This document shows, piece by piece, positions 9,303-18,880 of a DNA stretch of 64,000 nt (its first letter is position 1; each line of letters opens with the position of its first letter). The DNA is taken from the NCBI GenBank assembly GCA_021734325.1, contig JAIPJF010000005.1, positions 4,028 through 68,027 of the forward strand. The letters run 5' to 3'. The position numbers were made by a program, and so were the translations under genes. The DNA comes from Fidelibacterota bacterium. Its GTDB lineage: Bacteria; Fidelibacterota; UBA8477; JABMPR01. The notes under the pieces are model-generated. The model was not told where the DNA came from, searched no databases, and saw only the letters and a list, made by a program, of their open reading frames with translations.

Positions 9303-11669
9303 ATGATGAAAACCAATCGCTTTAATTTTCTAATAACAAGTATGCTCCTGGTCGCCAGTATTTTTGCTCAAACACCAGATCTGGTATTGCAGCAGAACAT
9401 TGATCCAGCATATATCAACTACCTTAGTTCCAAAGAAGCAGACTGGGAGGCCCAGGTGGCCATCGCTGATGATGATGCAGCAACCATGAAGGCCTACATT
9501 GGACTGGCGGTACTGTCCTTCGCCTGGACCCATATCGATGCGGATACTGCCCATGCGGATCTTGAATTGGTGGTTGATTCTATCCAGGCGAACCTTGATT
9601 CGGTCTTCGCACGTCTGGAGGATGACATTTTCTCCATGCTTGACCCCTGGGAGATGAATGCGGTGCTTAGCAAGCTCACCGATTTTTTTAATACCGGTGA
9701 TTATGCCGCCTTGAGAGACTTTATGAACAGCATGGATGAAACCCTGGGATACAATTTTGACCACCTCGGTGATATCATGGATAATCTCGGTCAGGACATT
9801 GAAGACAATTTCACCATCAACGATTTCGAGCATGGGGTGAGCTATGTGTATGACCACGAGGCTGATTTTGAATTCTCTCTGCAGATACTGGCCACTGATG
9901 TTCCTGATACAGTATTCATCATCGATCGTGCCTTCTTCGACCATGTCCACGATCTGCAGTGGCTCGGTGATTCGTTAGGCACTCACATGGAATTTGTGGC
10001 AAATTTCATGGATTCAGTCATGAACAGCAACAATGTGGACATCATGCCCGCAGTCGACACACTCAGATTGGGTTTGGCCATGATGGATGAAATGTTAGAT
10101 ACTGTCCGTGTGATCATGAGTAGCCAGCCCTTTAGCCCCTTTGAAATAGATACAGCCCCCATTGACTCCCTGCAGGATTTTATCTCCGAAATTGATGCCC
10201 TTCTTGGTGGGAAGGAATATTCCTTTGGACCAGAGACGGAAGGTAAGACCATCAAGCCGTTGGCCCTGATCCAATTGTTTCCTGACGGTGAGTTTATTGA
10301 TTATTTCTGGGAATTCTATCGAGTTCCCGATAAAGCCAGCTTTACATTTGGAGGGATATTCCCCTATGGTCTGGATGCACAAACGCTGGACCTGATCTCA
10401 CCTGACATGGTGGTAAATAACTGGGATGATGATACAGCCCTCGAACTGAGATTGGATAACTTGAAAGCAGGCTGGGAAGGCGAGCTCCTGGCCCATCCTG
10501 CTGACCCTGATGCCCATTTAGGTCTGGCAGCAATCCTGGGCTACGATATGATCAATAAATACAGTGCAAGCTTTGATGAGATTTTCAGACTTCTGGATGA
10601 TGGCCGGATTGACAGCCTTACCTATCTCTATGATTGGGATAGTGTGGACATCTTTAAGGACCTGGATGTGATAGAAGATCATCTCTCTTATTTTACTGAC
10701 GCGGATGAGGCAACCAATTTTATGGTCCTTGTCAAGAGCCAGCCTGACGCACTGGGCTCCTATATCATTGGCCCTGGATCTGAATTTGATATTATCCCGA
10801 TTCCAAAGCCTGCTGTGGCTGCACTTCAAATGGAAATAAAAGTACTGCGTGGAGCGGCTGAGCTTATGGTTGACGGCATTTCAGCAGCTTATGCCGAGCT
10901 GGATGATATCTTTGTTCTGAATTTGGATCCCAGCGTACTTGACTTCAGTAATGTCGACACTGATCAGGATCTGATCCAGATGCTTGAGTTATCAAATCCC
11001 AACTTCCTGACCCTTACTCCATACGGACATGAGAAATTCATTCAAATGGGAGAGGATATTGAGCTAGCCACGAATACAATTCATGAGTTCTTCGAGTTGA
11101 TGTCAGGATTGGCTGTTGCCATGGAACCCTATGCCAATGATTTTGATATGGATGGTGTTTCCTTTATCGCAGACATGGAAGAGATGGAGGATATGACATT
11201 TTCCGTTTGGCAGGATTTTGCCATACCAGACTCCATGATGTGGATGAATGACGAACGGGTCAATTTATCCGCCTGGTTTGACAATCCTCCCTCCAGCTTC
11301 CTGCTGATGTGGCGTGGAGAGGTCTTTGGAAATGATCAGACCTGGGGTGGTTTGTTCCCGGACCGCTACATTACTGCTACCAATCCGGATAGAGAGAATT
11401 TGCCAAAGGAATTTGCCTTATACGAGGCTTATCCCAATCCTTTCAATCCAGTCACCAACATCCGCTTTGATCTACCTGAGGATGGACTGGTAACGGTGAG
11501 TATATTCAATATTCGCGGGCAGCTGGTGGAAACCCTGGTTCAGGAAGAACTATCCGCTGGCCAGCATATTATCCCGTGGGCTGCACAACAAATGCCATCA
11601 AATTTGTATTTGTATCAGATTCAATACGCTGGGAAAACGAAAACAAATAAGGTTCTATTGATTAAATAG
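9303..11669 (+). CDS. Secreted, strongly acidic protein of unknown function with a T9SS C-terminal sorting domain
   Basis: RBS aaggagg. Signal peptide 'MMKTNRFNFLITSMLLVASIFAQ'. The C-terminus 'YPNPFNPVTNIRFDLPEDGLVTVSIFNIRGQ...YLYQIQYAGKTKTNKVLLIK' is a Por_Secre_tail. The body is Asp/Glu/Phe/Met-rich, and I saw no Cys. Confidence 0.8.
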   Translation: MMKTNRFNFLITSMLLVASIFAQTPDLVLQQNIDPAYINYLSSKEADWEAQVAIADDDAATMKAYIGLAVLSFAWTHIDADTAHADLELVVDSIQANLDSVFARLEDDIFSMLDPWEMNAVLSKLTDFFNTGDYAALRDFMNSMDETLGYNFDHLGDIMDNLGQDIEDNFTINDFEHGVSYVYDHEADFEFSLQILATDVPDTVFIIDRAFFDHVHDLQWLGDSLGTHMEFVANFMDSVMNSNNVDIMPAVDTLRLGLAMMDEMLDTVRVIMSSQPFSPFEIDTAPIDSLQDFISEIDALLGGKEYSFGPETEGKTIKPLALIQLFPDGEFIDYFWEFYRVPDKASFTFGGIFPYGLDAQTLDLISPDMVVNNWDDDTALELRLDNLKAGWEGELLAHPADPDAHLGLAAILGYDMINKYSASFDEIFRLLDDGRIDSLTYLYDWDSVDIFKDLDVIEDHLSYFTDADEATNFMVLVKSQPDALGSYIIGPGSEFDIIPIPKPAVAALQMEIKVLRGAAELMVDGISAAYAELDDIFVLNLDPSVLDFSNVDTDQDLIQMLELSNPNFLTLTPYGHEKFIQMGEDIELATNTIHEFFELMSGLAVAMEPYANDFDMDGVSFIADMEEMEDMTFSVWQDFAIPDSMMWMNDERVNLSAWFDNPPSSFLLMWRGEVFGNDQTWGGLFPDRYITATNPDRENLPKEFALYEAYPNPFNPVTNIRFDLPEDGLVTVSIFNIRGQLVETLVQEELSAGQHIIPWAAQQMPSNLYLYQIQYAGKTKTNKVLLIK

Positions 11670-11682
11670 AATCGCTGGCACC

Positions 11683-13131
11683 TTGATTTCATCACAAAAC
11701 ACGTGGAAGAAGCTTATGCTCTTCCACGTGTTTTTCCTTATGTCCAATTCTATCATTGCCCAGGAATTCTTCTCCCTGCTGGACGATGTGTTCGAGCAAT
11801 CGAATGTGACCAGGCTGAGTCTGAAGGATCTTCAGCAGACACAGTTGAAACTATCCACAGAATACGCTTATCAGGATTATTATCGAGAATCGAAACCTGT
11901 TGTTGGCAACCAGATGCTATCAGGGAATAACAACGGTCTGAGCATGATGGGTACAAATGCCAGGGGACATTTAAAATATGGGTTTATTACCTGGATACAG
12001 GGACAGAGTCAGCATTTTTCTAACCTTGATGCTGATCTGGATGTCAATGCGGATTATCTCCGCACCACCAGCAGTGTGCACCTTCAGATTGCCCTGGCCA
12101 CAGAGAAATTACTGTGGGGCCTGGGTATGGAGCAGCAGCAAAAAAGCCTTGATGCGCAGATTCTGATCAATGCCTATCCCACTTCGGATGACTTGCAGAT
12201 GAACCGCTACTTTCTTGATTGGCTGGAACCCAGTTTTGGGAACCAGCTGGATATTCAGGGTGAATTTGATTTGATGGCTTTTCAGACCTATTCGACAATT
12301 ACCCTATGGACCAATCTGCTTGTAAAACTAAATTACAGCCAATCCGACCAGATATTTTCTCCCAATATGGACTATCTGAATGATTCCAACATCCCGGAAC
12401 TACAAGGTAATCGGCGCATGCTCTTTAATGGTGTCTATGGTAGACAATGTCTGGGAATAAGCCTGGAAAGACCAGCTTGGTTACTAATACCGCAGATAAA
12501 ATTACATAACGCACACGCTGATCTGAACATCCTAAATACCCTGCCTGAGATCATTATTGATGATTTTCATGAGTACGGTTGGCTGGAATTGGATCGTAAA
12601 GGAGCCTCCATTGGATTTGGTGCTCTGCTCAGGGATTTGAATTTAGAAGCCGGGATTGGCTACTCTCTATGGGATGCAACTGCAGACCTGGAAACCCCGG
12701 TGCTTGGACGGTACTGGTTTTTCCCAATCTCGCATGCAGCCCAAGTGTCTATTTCTGGTAAAAGTATCTCACAGCATTTGAACCTCCGGAGAGATTTGGC
12801 TAACGGGAATTTTGGAGTAGGGCTGCATGGGGGCTACCAGCATACCTACTTCGACCTCACGGTCAAAGGTGAGGCCGAACTTGAATTCAATATCCGGTCC
12901 GTTCCCATTGACGCACCTTACCAATTCCACTTGCATGCGATTTCGGTCGGGTTCCCCATGAGTTATACCTTCAAAACTTTTTCGTTAGTGTATGAATTCA
13001 ATCAGACCATGCCCTGGTATAAGAGAGTGGATGACAGCGACCTGAAACTTCAAGGGGAAGGAACACATCCAGACAAGGAAATCAGAGGGGGAGGGGAACA
13101 TGCGTTCACCTTTAGTTGGACACTCAGGTAA
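11683..13131 (+). CDS. Hypothetical secreted or outer-membrane protein; start codon uncertain (TTG 11683, ATG 11716 or ATG 11740)
   Basis: Long ORF with coding-like composition. Only the TTG start gives a full signal peptide ('MISSQNTWKKLMLFHVFFLMSNSIIAQ'). Alternating-polarity segments suggest beta structure. I recognised no family. Confidence 0.55.
   Translation: MISSQNTWKKLMLFHVFFLMSNSIIAQEFFSLLDDVFEQSNVTRLSLKDLQQTQLKLSTEYAYQDYYRESKPVVGNQMLSGNNNGLSMMGTNARGHLKYGFITWIQGQSQHFSNLDADLDVNADYLRTTSSVHLQIALATEKLLWGLGMEQQQKSLDAQILINAYPTSDDLQMNRYFLDWLEPSFGNQLDIQGEFDLMAFQTYSTITLWTNLLVKLNYSQSDQIFSPNMDYLNDSNIPELQGNRRMLFNGVYGRQCLGISLERPAWLLIPQIKLHNAHADLNILNTLPEIIIDDFHEYGWLELDRKGASIGFGALLRDLNLEAGIGYSLWDATADLETPVLGRYWFFPISHAAQVSISGKSISQHLNLRRDLANGNFGVGLHGGYQHTYFDLTVKGEAELEFNIRSVPIDAPYQFHLHAISVGFPMSYTFKTFSLVYEFNQTMPWYKRVDDSDLKLQGEGTHPDKEIRGGGEHAFTFSWTLR
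11696..11734 (+). terminator. Perfect 15-bp hairpin with a T-run (intrinsic terminator or attenuator) after the acidic T9SS cargo gene
   Basis: aaaacacgtggaaga-agcttatgc-tcttccacgtgtttt followed by t. It starts 27 nt after the stop at 11669 and overlaps the first codons of the next predicted ORF. Confidence 0.6.
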
Positions 13132-13333
13132 TGTTTACCGGTGTCCTGGCAGCATATCACAAAAGTCTAATCTTAACCAATATTGCCCTTGAAAAGAGTT
13201 TGTAAAGCTTGATTTAGAATTATTTTGAAACTCAGGGTTAACAGGATTTTCCCTGGATTTGATTTTTTACTCGCACGGACAAGCTAGTTTTGAGTTTTTT
13301 AATAATTATTAGTGCAATCAATAGGGGTTCCAC

Positions 13334-15562
13334 ATGCCATCATCAAAAATAATCTGGACAAAGATTGACGAAGCGCCTGCTTTGGCCACGTATATGCTTC
13401 TGCCAATTGTCAGAGCCTTCACAAAAGATACTGGAATTGATATTGAGGTCAGTGACATTTCGCTCGCCGGTAGAATTATTTCTCAATTTCCAGACCATCT
13501 TACCGAAGACCAGAAAATGGTAGACGCCTTGAAACAACTTGGTGATTGGACGCATTCTCCTGATGCAAACATTATCAAGCTGCCCAATATCAGCGCATCA
13601 ATACCTCAGCTCAAAGCTGCCATAGATGAATTGCAGAAAAAAGGGTACCAGATACCAAATTATCCAGACGAGCCTGCAACCGTAGCTGAAGCGGAGCTCC
13701 AGAAGCGTTTTGCCAAAGTACTTGGATCAGCCGTAAACCCTGTTCTACGTGAAGGCAACGCGGACCGCAGAGCTGCCATGTCAGTTAAACGTTTTGCTCA
13801 GAAAAATCCCCACCGCATGATGAAGGACTGGCCAAAGTCAGGCTCCAAGACCCGGGTGGCTCACATGAATGAGCAGGATTTTTATGGTTCCGAGATCTCG
13901 ATGACCCTTTCTGAACCTACTGTAGCAAGGATCGAAGCGGTAGCGGCTGATGGATCGATTACTACACTTAAGGAAAATCTGGAACTGCAAAAGGGTGAGG
14001 TGGTCGATGCCTCTGTGATGAATATCAAGGCGCTGCGCGCGTTCTATGCCAAGACCATCGCTGATGCCAAAGAAGAGGGGATTCTCCTTTCGCTCCACCT
14101 GAAAGCAACGATGATGAAGATCTCTGACCCCATCATGTTTGGTCATGCCGTTTCTGTTTACTATCAAAAAGCTCTGAATAAGCATGCAAAGATTCTGGCT
14201 GAGGTCGGTGCAAATGTGAACAATGGTTTGGCAGATATTCTGAATAAACTGGACCGCCTCTCATCAGAAAAGCGAGCAGAGATCGAGGCGGACATCAATG
14301 CCGTATATCAAGATCGACCCGCTCTGGCAATGGTTGATTCATCAAAAGGAATTACCAATCTCCACGTACCCAACAATGTGATCATTGATGCTTCTATGCC
14401 CAATGTTGTCCGTGACGGTGGTCGGATGTGGAATAGTAATGACGAATTGCAGGATGTTATCGCCATGATCCCGGACCGTTCCTACGCGACGATCTATTCT
14501 GAGATCATTGAGGATTGCAAAGTGCTTGGTCAGTTTGACCCTGCCACCATGGGAAGTGTTTCCAATGTGGGTCTGATGGCTCAGAAAGCGGAAGAATATG
14601 GCTCACATGACAAGACCTTTGAGGCCGCTAATGCTGGAATTATCAGGGTAGTCGATGCTGATGGGAAGGCACTCCTGGAGCAGACGGTTGAAGCAGGTGA
14701 CATATTCAGAATGTGTCAAGCCAAAGATGCACCGATTCAGGACTGGGTCAAGCTGGCAGTTTCCAGGGCAAAAGCAACTGGCGCTCCAGCGGTTTTCTGG
14801 CTGGATAAGGATCGCGGTCATGATGCACAGATGATTCAAAAGGTTGAGCGCTATCTAAAGGATCATGATACCAGTGATCTGGACATCCGGATCCTCAGTC
14901 CTGATGAGGCCATGAAATATTCACTGGTAAGAGTGCGCAAAGGTCAGGACACGATCTCCGTTACTGGCAACGTCCTGCGGGATTATCTCACGGACCTGTT
15001 CCCCATTTTGGAGTTGGGGACCAGTGCCCGAATGCTTTCCATCGTTCCGCTCATGAAGGGTGGTGGGTTATTCGAAACTGGTGCCGGCGGTTCAGCTCCC
15101 AAGCATGTGCAGCAATTCCTGAAGGAGGGGCATCTGCGCTGGGATTCCCTCGGTGAATATTGTGCCCTGGTCCCCTCATTTGAAATGATCGAGCAGAACT
15201 CGGCCAATCCAAAGGCCGGCATTCTGGCCAAAACCCTGGATCAGGCGATCAGCACCTATCTGGAAAATGAAAAGTCACCATCGCGAAAAGTGAATGAGCT
15301 GGATAACCGGGGATCGAGCTTCAGTCTGGCCCTATATTGGGCAAAAGCACTCTCTGAGCAAACTCAGGATCATGAACTGAAGATCAAATTTGAACCAGTT
15401 TACAGCCAGCTTTTGCAGAATGAGGAAAAGATCAATAAGGAACTGTTAAGTGCTCAGGGTCACCCGGTAGATATAGGCGGGTACTATTTCCCCGACGAGG
15501 AAAAGACCGAAAAGGCCATGCGGCCAAGCGTGACATTCAACAGGATCATTGAGGCGCTTTAG
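13334..15562 (+). CDS. icd: Monomeric NADP-dependent isocitrate dehydrogenase
   Basis: 742 aa. The N-terminus '[22 protein letters not shown]', the length and blocks such as '[11 protein letters not shown]' and '[18 protein letters not shown]' match the monomeric IDH family. Confidence 0.95.
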   Translation: MPSSKIIWTKIDEAPALATYMLLPIVRAFTKDTGIDIEVSDISLAGRIISQFPDHLTEDQKMVDALKQLGDWTHSPDANIIKLPNISASIPQLKAAIDELQKKGYQIPNYPDEPATVAEAELQKRFAKVLGSAVNPVLREGNADRRAAMSVKRFAQKNPHRMMKDWPKSGSKTRVAHMNEQDFYGSEISMTLSEPTVARIEAVAADGSITTLKENLELQKGEVVDASVMNIKALRAFYAKTIADAKEEGILLSLHLKATMMKISDPIMFGHAVSVYYQKALNKHAKILAEVGANVNNGLADILNKLDRLSSEKRAEIEADINAVYQDRPALAMVDSSKGITNLHVPNNVIIDASMPNVVRDGGRMWNSNDELQDVIAMIPDRSYATIYSEIIEDCKVLGQFDPATMGSVSNVGLMAQKAEEYGSHDKTFEAANAGIIRVVDADGKALLEQTVEAGDIFRMCQAKDAPIQDWVKLAVSRAKATGAPAVFWLDKDRGHDAQMIQKVERYLKDHDTSDLDIRILSPDEAMKYSLVRVRKGQDTISVTGNVLRDYLTDLFPILELGTSARMLSIVPLMKGGGLFETGAGGSAPKHVQQFLKEGHLRWDSLGEYCALVPSFEMIEQNSANPKAGILAKTLDQAISTYLENEKSPSRKVNELDNRGSSFSLALYWAKALSEQTQDHELKIKFEPVYSQLLQNEEKINKELLSAQGHPVDIGGYYFPDEEKTEKAMRPSVTFNRIIEAL

Positions 15563-15597
15563 CCATTGAAAAGCCTTTCGAGATCAATGGCGATTGT

Positions 15598-16296
15598 TCA
15601 GATATTTTTCAGCCGAGGTATAATCATGTCTGCCATCTCATCGATGGAGGATTTTTCATTATTCAGGATCAGATGGTACAGGTTGGGATCTGAAATATCC
15701 ATCTTGGTGAAATGCTCGATGAATTTATTCCTCTCACCCTGACGAGCCTCTATGTGCTTTCGCGCCTCAACCGCAGATATGCCCATGCTCTGCATAATAT
15801 TATGGATTTTGAAGGACATGGGTGCAATGAGACGAATATGAACTGTATTTGGGAAGTTCTGGGCAATGCAGACACCACCCCGGCCAACGATGATACTATT
15901 ACCAGCCCTGGCAAAATACTGAATACTCTCCTTGATGTAGGTGAAAGCCTTTACCGGTTTCGTTGCATCTGGACCCAACAGATTGGCCATCATGGACTGG
16001 AAGGCCGGGCCGATTTGAGTAACATAGTTTAATTCTGATTTAGAATATCCGGAACCCTGCGCAACCTTCTCCAAAAGGAGTCGGTCCAACATGATCCACT
16101 CCTGCTCATCCTCAAGCTCCGCACTAAGCCTGTTGGCCAGGGTCTCAGCCAGGACATATGCCTGACACCCATATTCACGGGAGATCGTAATACAGGGTCT
16201 GGGAGCCAGGTCTTGCTTTGCTTGTCGTTCTGTCCAATCAGTCCAGACCTGTAGTCGCTTCTCAATGCCTGGAGGAATCGCAAAATGGGTCTTCAT
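15598..16296 (-). CDS. Cytidylate kinase-like family protein
   Basis: 'ITISREYGCQAYVLAETLANRL' and the overall size and pattern are typical of the cytidylate-kinase-like (AAA_28-like) family. The substrate is unknown. Confidence 0.55.
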   Translation of the reverse strand: MKTHFAIPPGIEKRLQVWTDWTERQAKQDLAPRPCITISREYGCQAYVLAETLANRLSAELEDEQEWIMLDRLLLEKVAQGSGYSKSELNYVTQIGPAFQSMMANLLGPDATKPVKAFTYIKESIQYFARAGNSIIVGRGGVCIAQNFPNTVHIRLIAPMSFKIHNIMQSMGISAVEARKHIEARQGERNKFIEHFTKMDISDPNLYHLILNNEKSSIDEMADMIIPRLKNI

Positions 16297-16503
16297 TTCT
16301 TTTCTCCTTATCGGGAGAGAATGCCCAGGGTTAGATTGAAACCGATTCCAAAGTCAAGTAGCAGGATAACGTGAAAGTTTGTGAGTATTCTCAACCGTTG
16401 ATAAGTTAATAAATTGAAAATTATAAACCACTAGGCAAATGCAGGTAGTAAAACAGAAGGAGTCTTTTAAACAGGGAAGACTAAGGGATTAAAAAATCGC
16501 TGA

Positions 16504-17292
16504 TCAATCTGCTGTGTAGGAAAAATCCTTCATCAAGGGGCCAGCAACTTCCATGAACTCGGAAATTTGATCAGGACTGAGATCTTGATGCCAGCGCCCG
16601 ATTTTTGAATCATCCAGGGGCTTGATCACACGATCCCGGCTGATATGATGACTCTTGGATATCAGGTGGGATTGTTCATGGTGAGCGGCCATTTCTGGTT
16701 CATAATCGAGACCCATGAAATCACAGGCTTTTTGAAGTACTGTCGAAGGGTCCCTGATAAGCTGTTCATATGATAATAGGTAAAAGTTGGCAGGGGCTTT
16801 CTCCTGATAATCCAACATTGTCTGATGCGTATTCACCCAAACCTCGGCAATCTTGGCAGGGGTTTGATCCGTACTGAATTTTTTTGTGCCGAATTGAGAA
16901 GCCATCACATCCCGACCATCCCGCACAATATCCAGGATGCGGACATCTGGCCAGCGTTCCAGACATGCATCATAATTGCGTAGTATTTTACAACCCCAGA
17001 TCTGTTTATGTTCGTTTTCCATCTTGTAACGACAAACGTTCTCAACAAAATCGAGCTGCTCCTGAATACTCACGCCTGCTTGTCGGATCATTTTCCTGGC
17101 TTTGAGATAAGGTATGCCAGCACGTTCGCTCATGTACTTTCTTAAACGCTTATGCAGCTCAGGATTCTCGAGATAATGGGGATAAATTTCATAGGACATG
17201 GATATGAGACTGTGGCTGTCAAGGATGGTACAAAGCAAAGTGCCACCACTCCGACTCATGCCTCGTACAAAAACGGGTCCGGCTTGATTCAT
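16504..17292 (-). CDS. Sulfotransferase family protein
   Basis: The N-terminal PAPS 5'-phosphosulfate loop 'RGMSRSGGTLL' and a downstream 'IVRDGRDVMAS' (3'-PB-like) fit soluble sulfotransferases. Confidence 0.7.
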   Translation of the reverse strand: MNQAGPVFVRGMSRSGGTLLCTILDSHSLISMSYEIYPHYLENPELHKRLRKYMSERAGIPYLKARKMIRQAGVSIQEQLDFVENVCRYKMENEHKQIWGCKILRNYDACLERWPDVRILDIVRDGRDVMASQFGTKKFSTDQTPAKIAEVWVNTHQTMLDYQEKAPANFYLLSYEQLIRDPSTVLQKACDFMGLDYEPEMAAHHEQSHLISKSHHISRDRVIKPLDDSKIGRWHQDLSPDQISEFMEVAGPLMKDFSYTAD

Positions 17293-17302
17293 TTAAAATT
17301 CC

Positions 17303-18154
17303 TTATCTGCCAACTGTCTCTTTCCAATAATCCCCGTCAGGAGTCTGCTCGTAGAATGCTGTTATCTGCTGGAACCAGTCAAAGCGGCTCAAGTTTTTAT
17401 AGGTCGGGTTTGCTTCATCCTCGATAAGATTTTGACTGTAGTATTGCGGATGAATCAATATCTGGTATCGTTTTCCAGGTTTCATCTTTTTTACGAAACG
17501 AAGCAAATCACCCTTGCGTCTTGGGGCTGAAGCAAGCCCACCATCACTGAAGCGTGCCGCAAACTTTAAGGGATCTCCATTGTGTACCCAATGGACATTG
17601 AGTTCTGGGTCAACCTGCTTTAAAACTTCATTTGACTTGCCGCGGGAATCTCTGATTCCGCCGTGGAAGGAATAATAATTCACTTCAAAATTATGCCTGA
17701 GTGCATTTAAATCAGCTGTAAATATTTCCCTGGCGTGGTCAAGATCGAAAAGTGCCTGTTCGTAGGCGTTGGAATGGTATCCAATAATGATTCCAGCTGT
17801 GTCCTGGAAGTTTTTTAACTCAAGGAGCTGTGCATCAGACAAATACTCAGTATACGCAAGCTCGCCACTACTTTTTAGTAGCCCACGGTCAACACGACGA
17901 TGAAAGATCATCACATTTGAGCGGATTTGATATTCCTTCTGTACCTGGAGAATGTCCAGCGTTTGCTGAACCTGGCTATCTACATCATGCTGGATCACCA
18001 CATAGATCTTGTTTGGATCTCGTATTTTTTTCCACTTTGATTCATCATTACGATCACCATGAACGAAATCTGAGTAAGCGATAACTTCGATCTCATCCTG
18101 ACGAGCCAGAAAGGCAAAGAAATCAGATAAATATTTGAACGGTATATAGCCCAT
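17303..18154 (-). CDS. Hypothetical protein, possibly a polysaccharide-deacetylase (CE4)-like fold
   Basis: 'VVIQHDVDS', 'IIGYHSN' and 'ILIHPQYY' resemble the metal/His motifs of deacetylase-superfamily proteins. The match is weak and made by eye only. A 10-nt gap separates it from the sulfotransferase gene. Confidence 0.4.
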   Translation of the reverse strand: MGYIPFKYLSDFFAFLARQDEIEVIAYSDFVHGDRNDESKWKKIRDPNKIYVVIQHDVDSQVQQTLDILQVQKEYQIRSNVMIFHRRVDRGLLKSSGELAYTEYLSDAQLLELKNFQDTAGIIIGYHSNAYEQALFDLDHAREIFTADLNALRHNFEVNYYSFHGGIRDSRGKSNEVLKQVDPELNVHWVHNGDPLKFAARFSDGGLASAPRRKGDLLRFVKKMKPGKRYQILIHPQYYSQNLIEDEANPTYKNLSRFDWFQQITAFYEQTPDGDYWKETVGR

Positions 18155-18203
18155 CTAATGATAAATACTTATTTCGACGGTCATTGTCTATTAAAATTTG
18201 ATC

Positions 18204-18872
18204 CTATTTGGTGATTTCAGCATCTTCAATGATGTTCGGATAAAAGTAGCCGGCTCCAAAATCCTTATCAAGGGTGAGCACTCCTTTTGCTGTCACACGC
18301 ATACCGACATCAACGGAATTATCACCTGTTGTGATGACGATTGTTGATGAATCAGATTCACCATCACTTAGATGGATCCATGTTTTTCCCATAATTCCGT
18401 GAAGAACCTTAATCGCTTCACCCTGGATCGAAATTGTGTGATTATTCAATACGTCCCTTGATCGCTTCACCTCAATGATCGGCTTGAATCCGGGTAGCGT
18501 CTTGTGAATTGTTTTGGGAGCGGTCATTGACATCATCTTATGGTCAGGTCTATTGAGCTGGGCATTTGCTGCAAATAATATTCGCGGGAAAGTTCTATTC
18601 ATTGTCTTGCTATGGAAGTCTACCATCCACATTTGACCTTCAAATTCAATTTTTGCACCTACAATTGCAGGCATCAGGCGAACTGCTATCCAGAATGTGC
18701 TGTCTGCCTCCTCAATTTGAAAATAGCTATAGCCACCAGACTCCAATATCTCCTTCACAATCCCGGAATGTTTTCCCTCCTGACCCATTAGAAATGAGCT
18801 AAGCCCTAGAAAAAGAATGAGTATAGTTAATACTCTTCGAGAACCGGGGTGCTTAATATCTTGATTGGCCAT
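18204..18872 (-). CDS. Secreted or anchored protein with two related small beta-rich repeats (OB-like); function unknown
   Basis: N-terminal anchor 'VLTILILFLGLSSFLMG'. Repeat 1 is 'GGYSYFQIEEADSTFWIAV', repeat 2 is 'GKTWIHLSDGESDSSTIVITT...DKDFGAGYFYPNIIEDAEI'. It starts 8 nt after the radical SAM gene ends. Confidence 0.55.
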   Translation of the reverse strand: MANQDIKHPGSRRVLTILILFLGLSSFLMGQEGKHSGIVKEILESGGYSYFQIEEADSTFWIAVRLMPAIVGAKIEFEGQMWMVDFHSKTMNRTFPRILFAANAQLNRPDHKMMSMTAPKTIHKTLPGFKPIIEVKRSRDVLNNHTISIQGEAIKVLHGIMGKTWIHLSDGESDSSTIVITTGDNSVDVGMRVTAKGVLTLDKDFGAGYFYPNIIEDAEITK

Positions 18873-18880
18873 ACTTAACC

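Noticed and set aside
11676-11690. TGGCACCTTGATTTC as a sigma-54 promoter for the 11683 ORF
   Set aside because: The -12 element reads TTTC, so the invariant G of the GC is missing. It would also lie on top of the candidate start codon.
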